This document shows positions 1 through 5,567 of a stretch of 5,728 nt of DNA, piece after piece. The DNA is from a virus. The notes beneath the pieces were generated by a model. That model ran no database searches. It saw only the letters and a list, made by a program, of their open reading frames with translations, and was not told the origin of the DNA. Positions within the stretch are counted from its first letter, which is position 1. Each line of letters starts with the position of its first letter. The DNA is taken from the IMG/VR virus record IMGVR_UViG_3300045988_001437, positions 1-5,728 of that record; one strand, 5' to 3'. The position numbers were made by a program, and so were the translations under genes.

Positions 1-30
1 CTTCGGTTTAACGGTCTTGCGGTATGCCAT
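1..30 (-). CDS. Partial duplicate copy of the N-terminus of the 39-aa basic peptide gene (first 10 codons, MAYRKTVKPK). It is the same gene as 5564..5683, seen again because of the circular overlap.
   Basis: The reverse complement of 1-30 reads ATGGCATACCGCAAGACCGTTAAACCGAAG. The RBS AAGGAGGTG lies at 36-44 on the minus strand. Confidence 0.5.
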   Translation of the reverse strand, partial: MAYRKTVKPK

Positions 31-52
31 GATACCACCTCCTTTTTCTCTC

Positions 53-61
53 ATTTTACCA
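53..61 (-). promoter_or_regulatory. Candidate promoter P3, an extended -10 element TGgTAAAAT. The T14 tract lies immediately upstream. It would drive the J-like, RHH71, 92-aa, VP3, VP1 and VP2 operon. A duplicate copy lies at 5706-5714.
   Basis: The minus strand reads ccTTGCG-T14-GG-TAAAAT-gagagaaaaAGGAGGTGgtatcATG. The TG dinucleotide is at the correct position for an extended -10. The -35 is poor (TTGCGT). Confidence 0.3.
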
Positions 62-74
62 AAAAAAAAAAAAA
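61..74. repeat. A14/T14 homopolymer tract. Duplicate copy at 5714-5727.
   Basis: Direct count of 14 consecutive A on the plus strand. Confidence 0.9.
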
Positions 75-102
75 CGCAAGGCTGATTTTCGTCAACCTCA
101 CG
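61..102 (-). terminator. Weak hairpin (7-bp stem with two G-U pairs and a 14-nt loop, at 75-102) followed by a U14 tract (61-74). A possible terminator for the acidic-ORF transcript.
   Basis: The minus-strand RNA reads CGUGAGG-N14-CCUUGCG followed by U14. The long loop makes this uncertain, but the U-run is very strong. Confidence 0.3.
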
Positions 103-117
103 TTTTTAATTTTATTA

Positions 118-282
118 TTATCGGTTTTCGTATTCTTTCAGTTTTTCACAGATTGCGTCTGTCCATTCATCGTCCATGTCGTATTCTTCTTGTATTTCGT
201 CTCTGTCTGTGCTTCTCCATCCGCCATCGTAAAGAGCTGCTGCACAATCTTCAATATTTTCTTCGTAGAAATTGTATTTCAT
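118..282 (-). CDS. 54-aa highly acidic small protein, MKYNFYEENIEDCAAALYDGGWRSTDRDEIQEEYDMDDEWTDAICEKLKEYENR. Function unknown. It forms an autonomous expression cassette.
   Basis: Hand-translated. ATG at 280-282 on the minus strand with the SD GAAAGGAGAA 8 nt upstream. It carries 18 Asp or Glu against 6 Lys or Arg. Its own consensus promoter lies upstream at 323-351, and a hairpin plus T14 lies downstream. Confidence 0.6.
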   Translation of the reverse strand: MKYNFYEENIEDCAAALYDGGWRSTDRDEIQEEYDMDDEWTDAICEKLKEYENR

Positions 283-312
283 GGTTTATTCTCCTTTCAG
301 ATTTAATCCTTT

Positions 313-345
313 CTACACCTTTATTATACACCTTTTATATACACT
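313..345 (-). repeat. Three tandem copies of a 13-bp unit GTGTATAWWAAAG, each carrying a GGTGTA or GTGTA core, overlapping the -10 and spacer of P1. An operator-like array.
   Basis: Plus-strand tacacc at 314-319 and 327-332, and tacac at 340-344, on an exact 13-bp register. Confidence 0.55.
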
Positions 346-351
346 TGTCAA
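323..351 (-). promoter_or_regulatory. Promoter P1, a consensus sigma70 promoter. On the minus strand it reads TTGACA, then 17 nt, then TATAAT.
   Basis: The reverse complement of 321-352 is cTTGACAagtgtatataaaaggtgTATAATaa. The -35 element lies at 346-351 and the -10 element at 323-328, both on the minus strand. It drives the acidic ORF, whose start lies about 40 nt downstream. Confidence 0.6.
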
Positions 352-406
352 GCACTTTTTTGCCTTTGCTAGGAAGCGCTATCAGACTCCCGCCCGCAGG
401 CGCTCC

Positions 407-437
407 AAATGATAAGAGACCGGCTTTCGCCGGTCTC
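407..437 (-). terminator. Intrinsic terminator candidate downstream of Rep. It is a 9-bp perfect stem GAGACCGGC / GCCGGUCUC with a GAAA tetraloop, followed by UUAUCAUUU.
   Basis: Plus-strand arms lie at 416-424 and 429-437 with the loop at 425-428. On the minus-strand RNA the loop is GAAA, a GNRA loop, and the U-rich tract corresponds to 407-415. The element lies about 64 nt after the Rep stop. Confidence 0.5.
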
Positions 438-500
438 AGACTATTGGCGCGCTTCCGTTAGACTTTGTGTCAGCTGCCACACTACTTTATTTAGCAAATT

Positions 501-1616
501 TTATACTTCTTCTCTTATGAGTTTTTTGAATTTTTCTTGATTTTTCTTGTCTTTTAGGTCATAATATTCTTGCATGTTCAAGCCGGTCTGTCTCAACTGA
601 GCAAACAGTGCATCATTTGCGATTCTTCGCCGTTCGCGTTTGATGGCTTTCAGTTCTTCAGATTCGGCTTTTACTATTGTGTCTTCTATCGTCTCGCTTT
701 CTGCTTCAGATAATGGTTTGCTGTTTGAGTGTTCCAGATCAAACAGTTTATCAAAATATCGTGGTGGTTTTGTTCTCCTTCCGTTTTTCAGCTGGATTTC
801 ATCTTTTGCATAGATTTCATCTTTGTGTTCCTCATAGTATTGCATTCCGATTGCAGGATTTTTGCTCATCATGCAGCGTTCTGGTAATACTCCGAGCTCT
901 TCATAATATTTTTTGGAGTCCTTGCCATAAATTTTTTTTGTCGTATATCTGGCAGTGTATGCCATGTTTTTCCATTCTGCTGGTCCTACTACTACATGAC
1001 CCATACCCCACAGTTTTGTGAGCCACTCGACATTGTAGTATCTGAATCCGTTTTTCTGCTTGTAGATTTTCAGTTCTTCCGGTTTTATTGGCAGATCGTA
1101 CACGATCGCATGATAATGCGGTCTGTGTGTCTGACTTCCGTATTCTCCTGCTTGGTAGTACATCAGTTTTCCGGTATTTCTTTCATGGTATTCTAACCAG
1201 CGTCTTAGGCGTTTCCAGAATTTCTGCATGTCCTCATAGTTTAACGTTAAGTTCTCTATGATTATTTCGCCGGTTCTTTTGTTAACTCCCAAACCTTGAT
1301 TGTAAGACCACGGTACGTGGTCCTCATCGTATGTAAGCGTTAAAAACCACGCATTATCGTGATATGGCAGTTCCATTTCCATTCTGTTTGCCCAGCTGCT
1401 TGCATTTTGCATCTTACAGCCGGCACAGTGACCGCATGGTAGCAGCTGAGCGTTTTCGTCTTTCAGCTTTCTCAATAGCTTTTTTTCTAGGCTTTCGTTC
1501 CAAAACGGTCCCTCAAAGTTCTGTTGGTTGTTGTGCTTCTTTCCTGCCAGTAGGTATTTTTTCAGGCTTGTTATTTCGCCGTCTGCGAACCTTACTAATG
1601 GCTGTGTGCACCCCAT
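501..1616 (-). CDS. VP4: Replication initiation protein VP4 (371 aa), an HUH rolling-circle endonuclease of the phiX174 gpA superfamily.
   Basis: Motif 1 is FLTLTYD. Motif 2 is RPHYHAIVYD, the HUH motif. Motif 3 is MAYTARYTTKKIYGK, a YxxRYxxK motif carrying the catalytic Tyr pair. The N-terminal region contains the Cys cluster CGHCAGC. Confidence 0.93.
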   Translation of the reverse strand: MGCTQPLVRFADGEITSLKKYLLAGKKHNNQQNFEGPFWNESLEKKLLRKLKDENAQLLPCGHCAGCKMQNASSWANRMEMELPYHDNAWFLTLTYDEDHVPWSYNQGLGVNKRTGEIIIENLTLNYEDMQKFWKRLRRWLEYHERNTGKLMYYQAGEYGSQTHRPHYHAIVYDLPIKPEELKIYKQKNGFRYYNVEWLTKLWGMGHVVVGPAEWKNMAYTARYTTKKIYGKDSKKYYEELGVLPERCMMSKNPAIGMQYYEEHKDEIYAKDEIQLKNGRRTKPPRYFDKLFDLEHSNSKPLSEAESETIEDTIVKAESEELKAIKRERRRIANDALFAQLRQTGLNMQEYYDLKDKKNQEKFKKLIREEV

Positions 1617-1639
1617 ATGGATGTTTCACCCCGTTCACC

Positions 1640-1685
1640 TCAGTGGGCCCCAATAACTCTTCTTGATGTTATTGGGGCCCACTGA
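1640..1685. other. Perfect 18-bp inverted repeat TCAGTGGGCCCCAATAAC / GTTATTGGGGCCCACTGA with a 10-nt loop, lying between the RHH54 stop and the Rep start.
   Basis: The arms at 1640-1657 and 1668-1685 are exact reverse complements and GC-rich at the stem base. On the minus strand the hairpin ends 23 nt upstream of the Rep ATG, next to GGTGAA-N3-GGTGAA direct repeats (plus-strand copies at 1625-1630 and 1634-1639). Confidence 0.75.
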
Positions 1686-1729
1686 CACAAAATTTCTCGT
1701 TTCCTTCGTTTTCCTCATGGATTTTTGTT

Positions 1730-1894
1730 TCAATCGTTGAACCCTAAGAGTTGAGCATACATGTCGATTGCGTCCCTGATTATGTCGCTGTCGATGTATT
1801 TTTCCCCTGTTTTTCTGCTTTCTATGTATCTCAGTTCGTCCAGCTGTTTCTGTGTGAGGTTAACGTTTACTCTTTTTGCTACTTGACTTTTCAT
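1730..1894 (-). CDS. 54-aa CopG-like ribbon-helix-helix protein, MKSQVAKRVNVNLTQKQLDELRYIESRKTGEKYIDSDIIRDAIDMYAQLLGFND.
   Basis: Hand-translated because it is below the ORF-track cutoff. ATG at 1892-1894 on the minus strand with the SD AAAAAGGAGT 7 nt upstream. The segment KRVNVNLTQKQLDELRYIESRKTGEKYIDSDIIRDAIDMY aligns residue for residue in pattern with CopG KRLTITLSESVLENLEKMAREMGLSKSAMISVALENY. Confidence 0.6.
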   Translation of the reverse strand: MKSQVAKRVNVNLTQKQLDELRYIESRKTGEKYIDSDIIRDAIDMYAQLLGFND

Positions 1895-1929
1895 GATTAT
1901 ACTCCTTTTTAGGTAAGGCGTTCGATTCG

Positions 1930-1948
1930 TACACCCATAATATACACC
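1930..1948 (-). repeat. Two GGTGTA direct repeats 13 bp apart, flanking and overlapping the P2 -10 element. They are homologous to the P1 array.
   Basis: Plus-strand tacacc at 1930-1935 and 1943-1948. Confidence 0.5.
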
Positions 1949-1967
1949 TTCTTTCTGTGTTTGTCAA
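1939..1967 (-). promoter_or_regulatory. Promoter P2. On the minus strand it reads TTGACA, then 17 nt, then TATATT, immediately after the VP2 stop. It drives the RHH54 and Rep operon.
   Basis: The reverse complement of 1937-1968 is gTTGACAaacacagaaagaaggtgTATATTat. The -35 element lies at 1962-1967 and the -10 element at 1939-1944. It shares AAGGTGTATAWT-N3-GGTGTA with P1. Confidence 0.55.
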
Positions 1968-2900
1968 CTATCTATTGTTTCTTGCTGTGTGTCCGGGATT
2001 CCATTCGATATCCCCGTGTGCTTCTCCGCTGATTCCCCGTTCGTTTCCTCGTGTCGTGCTCTGGCTCTGCTGGCTGCTCTGCTGGCTCAGGTTGCTGATC
2101 TGCTGTGCACTGCTTGACATGATCTGACTTGTGGCCTGCTGCATTTGCTCTGCGCTGTACCATTCGTTCGACTGTTTGGCGCTGTTGATCGCGGCCATGG
2201 CGTTCTGTAAAAACTGACTTGTATTGTTGCCGTAGTCGTACATGCTTTGCATGGTTGCCGTGTGTGCGCTTGGGATGGCTGCGCTCTGAGTGTGTGCAAA
2301 GCTCTGCATTCCGCTGCTTGCTGTGCCGCCTGAAGGTGTGCTTGCTCCGAACCCGTTGTATGCTGCTAACACCGGGTTTAAACCTGCTGCTTTCAGGTCT
2401 TTCACGCCGCGCTGGTATGCCGTGGAACTCATTCTTTCAGCCCATGCTCGCTGTGCTGCAGCTTCTGCGCTGTTGTACTTCTGTGCGCTTGTCTGGCTTG
2501 CGAGGTTCAGGCCGTTTGCTACGAGATTGCTGAGCATGTTCAGGCCGTTTGCATAGCTCCACATGCCTGTCTGCAGATTGTTTGCTGTGGTTGCCTGTCC
2601 TGCGTTGAATCCTGCTGCTGCTTCTGCGTTGTTTCCGGTAGGACTTCCCAGCGCTGTCTGTAGGATTCCGCCCAGTGAGCTTGTGTTGCCTGTCGTTACG
2701 CTTCCACCGCCTGCGGTTGTTGTTCCGCTCATGGTTCCGCTCTGGCTTCCGCTGCTCATGCTTGTGTTCATGCCCTGCTGTCCCATGGCGCTGCTCGTGC
2801 TTCCGCTTGTGTTGCTGAACAGGTTCTTTGCTTGTCCTGCGATCGACAGACCCGTTGAAACGATCGGCAGCCATGTCGCTAATCCTGATAAGAGGCCCAT
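1968..2900 (-). CDS. VP2: Minor capsid or DNA pilot protein VP2 (310 aa). It has a Gly/Ser/Thr/Ala-rich low-complexity half.
   Basis: ORF track entry. The conserved pilot-protein motif [18 protein letters not shown] is present. The RBS AAGGAGGT lies 6 nt upstream of the ATG and overlaps the VP1 stop. The gene sits immediately after VP1. Confidence 0.85.
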   Translation of the reverse strand: MGLLSGLATWLPIVSTGLSIAGQAKNLFSNTSGSTSSAMGQQGMNTSMSSGSQSGTMSGTTTAGGGSVTTGNTSSLGGILQTALGSPTGNNAEAAAGFNAGQATTANNLQTGMWSYANGLNMLSNLVANGLNLASQTSAQKYNSAEAAAQRAWAERMSSTAYQRGVKDLKAAGLNPVLAAYNGFGASTPSGGTASSGMQSFAHTQSAAIPSAHTATMQSMYDYGNNTSQFLQNAMAAINSAKQSNEWYSAEQMQQATSQIMSSSAQQISNLSQQSSQQSQSTTRGNERGISGEAHGDIEWNPGHTARNNR

Positions 2901-2911
2901 ATTGTACCTCC

Positions 2912-4525
2912 TTAGATTGTATCGATGCCTGGGATGCTATAGATAGGCATCGGTCTTGTCCATGCCTGACTGTAATAGAAGTTACAGATAAACTGGTGAG
3001 AGTTCGAGCTCTGTACCGCGAGAGTTCTGTCGATGTTTTCTGTTCCTTCTTTGATCCAGCTGCTGGACAGGGTAGGAAGTGCGTCGTATTTGTCCGCATA
3101 GTGCCATGCATCCAGCGTCTGCGCGTAGGTGCTGCGCATTTCGGACGTTACCATGTTTGTGCGGTACCTGTAGTCGGCCCAGGCTTCCTGATAGCCGAAT
3201 ACCTCTTCATCCTTTGCCTGTCCCTGTGCATAAATCTCCTGATTGAGCACTGCTTGTTCACCGAGGTTTGCTAACATTGGGTCATAGTAGGAAAAGCGAG
3301 TGCTGCGCGTCCAAAGTCTGCTCAGACCCTGCTGATAGCTGTGATCTACTCGGATAGCTGCCAGACCGAGGACAAAACCATGCTCGGTCGCGCTGTATGT
3401 GCACATATTCCGGCTTAATGTTGTCATGGAATAAGCACCGGTGTTGCCCTGCGGACTCGTGCTGTCCGTGCTGGATGTCTGAATTACCTGATTGACGTTG
3501 ATCGGCATTCTGTGCCCGCCGATGTACTCAGACCGGTCAAGACGTGCATCCGGACTTGTCACACCCCAAGCGCCTTTCAGGATTTCTTTGTATCGCGTGC
3601 CGGTTCTTGCATCACGTTCGAAGATGTGCTGCACTGCGATTGCCTGCCGCAAGTCGTTGATTGTCGCAGTTGTTGCGCTTCCGAGGTCTGCCATCAAATA
3701 GCCGCTTGTTGCTACTGCAGTTGTTGAGGCCGTTGTTGCTTTGACTGACTCTTCAATTTTTCCGTTCGGCTGGTTGTAGTAGAAGTTTTGCATTGCTCTG
3801 CTTTCGCTTCCGCTGTTCAGCATGTTTCCATCTATGTCACATACTCCTATTTTTGCATTTCCCAGCATTGGGATCGTTACTGGCTCTGTCGATTTCTGCA
3901 GAGACGGCAGGCAGCTGGTGAAATAGTCCTTGTACTTACAGACCTTCAGCGGCAGTCCGCCCGCTTCTGCGTCCGTCAGGTTCGTTCCCGTGTTTACGCC
4001 GGTCGTGGTCGTGTCGTCCATGCTTTGGGTTACAGGTTGCTGCAGGTTTTCGTCTCTGAACCATTCGTTATATACCTTGCAGTACGCTCTGAAAGGCAGA
4101 CTGTTCACCTTCAGGCCGCTCACGCCTGTCGGGATTCCGAAGTAATCCGCCAGAGTCCCAACGTTCCAGCCGCCTTCTGGTGCGGTCGTTACCGGAGTTG
4201 TGTATTCGGTCGGTTCTGCCCAGAAAGTGCTGTCGTTCTGGCCCATGAGGTTTTGAAAGTGCTTCCAGAGCAGTCTGCTCGGAATGAAGAAAAAGTAGAA
4301 GTCCATGTATGCATTGTCCATCACCGGATACAGCGGTGTGGCCATGCGAACCAGTGCGTTCAGGTTGATCTTGAAGGTATCTGCAGGCAATACCTCGTCC
4401 AAATAGATCGGTACAAGGTCGCCTTCGTTCATGGTCGTCAGCAGATTGAAATCTCGCTGGAATTTCGCTCTTCGGATTTCCGCATGAGGTACCTGTGCAT
4501 AGTGCTGCTCACTGTTTCTGTTCAT
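2912..4525 (-). CDS. VP1: Major capsid protein VP1 (537 aa), Microviridae F-protein family of the gokushovirus type.
   Basis: The N-terminus YAQVP...[13 protein letters not shown]...[17 protein letters not shown]...[12 protein letters not shown]...[12 protein letters not shown] matches the conserved gokushovirus VP1 signature FAQVP..R..F..TTF..G.L.PI..DEVLPGDTF..ARMATP..P.MDN..FFVP.RL.W. The SD GAGGT lies 9 nt upstream of the ATG. Confidence 0.95.
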   Translation of the reverse strand: MNRNSEQHYAQVPHAEIRRAKFQRDFNLLTTMNEGDLVPIYLDEVLPADTFKINLNALVRMATPLYPVMDNAYMDFYFFFIPSRLLWKHFQNLMGQNDSTFWAEPTEYTTPVTTAPEGGWNVGTLADYFGIPTGVSGLKVNSLPFRAYCKVYNEWFRDENLQQPVTQSMDDTTTTGVNTGTNLTDAEAGGLPLKVCKYKDYFTSCLPSLQKSTEPVTIPMLGNAKIGVCDIDGNMLNSGSESRAMQNFYYNQPNGKIEESVKATTASTTAVATSGYLMADLGSATTATINDLRQAIAVQHIFERDARTGTRYKEILKGAWGVTSPDARLDRSEYIGGHRMPINVNQVIQTSSTDSTSPQGNTGAYSMTTLSRNMCTYSATEHGFVLGLAAIRVDHSYQQGLSRLWTRSTRFSYYDPMLANLGEQAVLNQEIYAQGQAKDEEVFGYQEAWADYRYRTNMVTSEMRSTYAQTLDAWHYADKYDALPTLSSSWIKEGTENIDRTLAVQSSNSHQFICNFYYSQAWTRPMPIYSIPGIDTI

Positions 4526-5009
4526 CTGCTTTTACCTCTTTTTTTGTTGATTCTGCTGCAGCCTGGCTTTGTGCTGCAGCATTGTTTTTCGTTGAAATGC
4601 CCATTTTTTCGAGCCATTCGGCTTCTCCTGCGGTCGCTGCCCAGTTCTGGAAGTTCATGCCGAACTTCTGTCTGATCTCCAGCGGCAGCTGGTCGAACTT
4701 CTCGCGCTGCTCGTTCATGAGGTTCAGGTATTCGGTGTATGTCTTCGGCAGTTTCGTGGTGTCGATGTAGTAGCCCGGCGTTGTCAGTGCCGTTTCATCT
4801 CCTGCAGCGTATCGGCTGAGTATTGCCATCACATCGCACTGGTCGCGATAGCTCTGGATTTTCTCGTAGGTGTTGACCTCTCCGACTTTTTCAAGGTACG
4901 GATGCCCGTTAGCATCGTACCTTTCTTTGTATTCCGGCTCCATGATGTTCCCGCAGCAGTTGCAGCGGACTTCCGGTTTTTCTTTTTCGTATGGTTTAAA
5001 GATCTTCAT
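4509..5009 (-). CDS. VP3: Internal scaffolding protein VP3 (166 aa), gokushovirus-like.
   Basis: ORF track entry. Segments such as YRDQCDVMAILSRY and FDQLPLEIRQKFGMNF resemble Chlamydia-phage VP3 as I recall it (DECDINVLMKKY and ELPSNLRKKF). The gene sits immediately upstream of VP1 and overlaps its start by 17 nt. The C-terminal tail is acidic and low in complexity. Confidence 0.7.
   Translation of the reverse strand: MKIFKPYEKEKPEVRCNCCGNIMEPEYKERYDANGHPYLEKVGEVNTYEKIQSYRDQCDVMAILSRYAAGDETALTTPGYYIDTTKLPKTYTEYLNLMNEQREKFDQLPLEIRQKFGMNFQNWAATAGEAEWLEKMGISTKNNAAAQSQAAAESTKKEVKADEQKQ
4993..5006. repeat. 14-bp direct repeat GGTTTAAAGATCTT, copy 1. On the minus strand it is AAGATCTTTAAACC, which forms codons 2 to 6 of VP3.
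   Basis: Identical to 5057-5070. It is composed of the overlapping palindromes TTTAAA and AAGATCTT. Confidence 0.7.
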
Positions 5010-5056
5010 TTTCTCTTTTTCACCTTTTTTCTCTCGTTGTATCGTTCTTTTTTTAG

Positions 5057-5070
5057 GGTTTAAAGATCTT
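5057..5070. repeat. 14-bp direct repeat GGTTTAAAGATCTT, copy 2. It lies immediately 3' of the 92-aa ORF stop codon on the minus strand.
   Basis: Identical to 4993-5006. The two copies are 64 bp apart. Confidence 0.7.
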
Positions 5071-5348
5071 TATGCTTTTTTCCCTCGTGTCGGTTTCTTT
5101 ATCGGCTGCTGCATGGCTTTCTTTTCCTGTTCGATGTTGTAGATCAGTTCCGGCACCTGCGTTGTGATTTCGCCGGTTTCGGTGTTGTACATGCCCAGCT
5201 TGTAAATTCGCTTGTCATCACAGTCTTGCTTTTCGGTTTCTTCGGTCAGCCAGTGGAAAGTGCGCTGCGTGACTTTCGGATTGATCACCATGATGTTGCC
5301 GAAGGTACCGGCCAGTTCGTCTTTGATTGCGTACATTTCGAGAATCAT
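5070..5348 (-). CDS. 92-aa hypothetical protein with a basic C-terminal tail (KKPTRGKKA). It may be a VP5-like nonstructural protein.
   Basis: ORF track entry. ATG at 5346-5348 preceded by GGAAAGGAATAAACA. It lies in the slot between the regulatory genes and the scaffold gene. I recognise no family from the sequence alone. Confidence 0.55.
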   Translation of the reverse strand: MILEMYAIKDELAGTFGNIMVINPKVTQRTFHWLTEETEKQDCDDKRIYKLGMYNTETGEITTQVPELIYNIEQEKKAMQQPIKKPTRGKKA

Positions 5349-5351
5349 TGT

Positions 5352-5567
5352 TTATTCCTTTCCCAGTTCGTAGATCTGTTTTGTGGTGATGTTATCGAGT
5401 CCGTAGCGCAGCAGCGCTCTTGTCACTTTCGATCTCGGGATTTCCAGTGCCTGGCCGATGTCTTCGATTTCGTCCAGCATTCCGATTTCTATTCCGATCG
5501 CAAATCGGGTTTTCAGTTTTTTCGGATCCTTCTGGTTGAATCGTTCTCTGATGTGGCCGCTGCTCAT
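5352..5567 (-). CDS. 71-aa ribbon-helix-helix (CopG/Arc/MetJ-like) DNA-binding protein with a basic N-terminal tail.
   Basis: ORF track entry. The sequence TRFAIGIEIGMLDEIEDIGQALEIPRSKVTRALLRYGL fits a beta-strand, helix A, a P-R-S-K turn and helix B. Compare the CopG segment GLSKSAMISVALENY. The SD is GAGGGGG. The start overlaps the upstream gene stop as ATGA, which suggests translational coupling. Confidence 0.55.
   Translation of the reverse strand: MSSGHIRERFNQKDPKKLKTRFAIGIEIGMLDEIEDIGQALEIPRSKVTRALLRYGLDNITTKQIYELGKE

Larger units (their letters stand above)
1..75. repeat. Terminal direct repeat. Bases 1-75 are identical to 5654-5728, so the window wraps around a circular 5653-nt genome.
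   Basis: Base-by-base comparison of cttcggtttaacggtcttgcggtatgccatgataccacctcctttttctctcattttacc+A14+c at both ends of the window. Confidence 0.9.

Noticed and set aside
61-74. A14 run interpreted as a poly(A) tail or a terminus of a linear genome.
   Set aside because: The flanking sequence continues identically in both copies of the terminal redundancy. The run is therefore internal to a circular genome and not a tail.
153-461. 102-aa plus-strand ORF (TTG start) overlapping the acidic ORF, P1 and the Rep terminator.
   Set aside because: The start codon is non-ATG, there is no SD, and the product is low-complexity and Leu/Arg/Phe-rich. It is antisense to a well-supported cassette consisting of a consensus promoter, a strong RBS and the acidic ORF. 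Most likely a chance ORF.
677-1666. Three plus-strand ORFs (114, 66 and 100 aa) antisense to the Rep gene.
   Set aside because: They are antisense to a strongly supported conserved CDS. Their products are hydrophobic or Cys-rich and low-complexity with no translation signals.
1925-1950. Possible XerCD dif-like site (TATATTATG resembles the dif central region) at P2, which would hint at prophage integration.
   Set aside because: The similarity is limited to a short AT-rich run that also serves as the -10 hexamer. There is no recognisable XerC or XerD arm pair. The match is insufficient.
1972-2299. 63-aa and 70-aa minus-strand ORFs in alternative frames inside VP2.
   Set aside because: Same codon-composition artefact as above. 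The products are Arg/Gln/Ser-rich, low-complexity and without an RBS.
2437-3111. 224-aa minus-strand ORF in an alternative frame spanning the VP1 C-terminus and the VP2 N-terminus. It is extremely Arg/Lys/His/Gln-rich.
   Set aside because: It arises from the GC-rich, repetitive GGN/AGC/ACN codons of the VP2 low-complexity tract read out of frame. It has no convincing RBS and its internal start lies deep inside VP2. Overprinted genes do exist in Microviridae (phiX174 B, K and E), so conservation of this frame should be checked across relatives before it is dismissed finally.
3788-4675. 295-aa plus-strand ORF antisense to VP1 and VP3.
   Set aside because: It lies entirely antisense to the conserved VP1 coding sequence. 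The product is Cys/Arg/Val-rich with no recognisable features and no RBS. A typical antisense ORF on a coding strand.
4495-5142. Plus-strand 91-aa and 90-aa ORFs antisense to VP3 and the 92-aa gene.
   Set aside because: They are antisense to coding regions. The products are Phe/Ser/Cys-rich, the pattern of chance ORFs opposite AT-rich codons.
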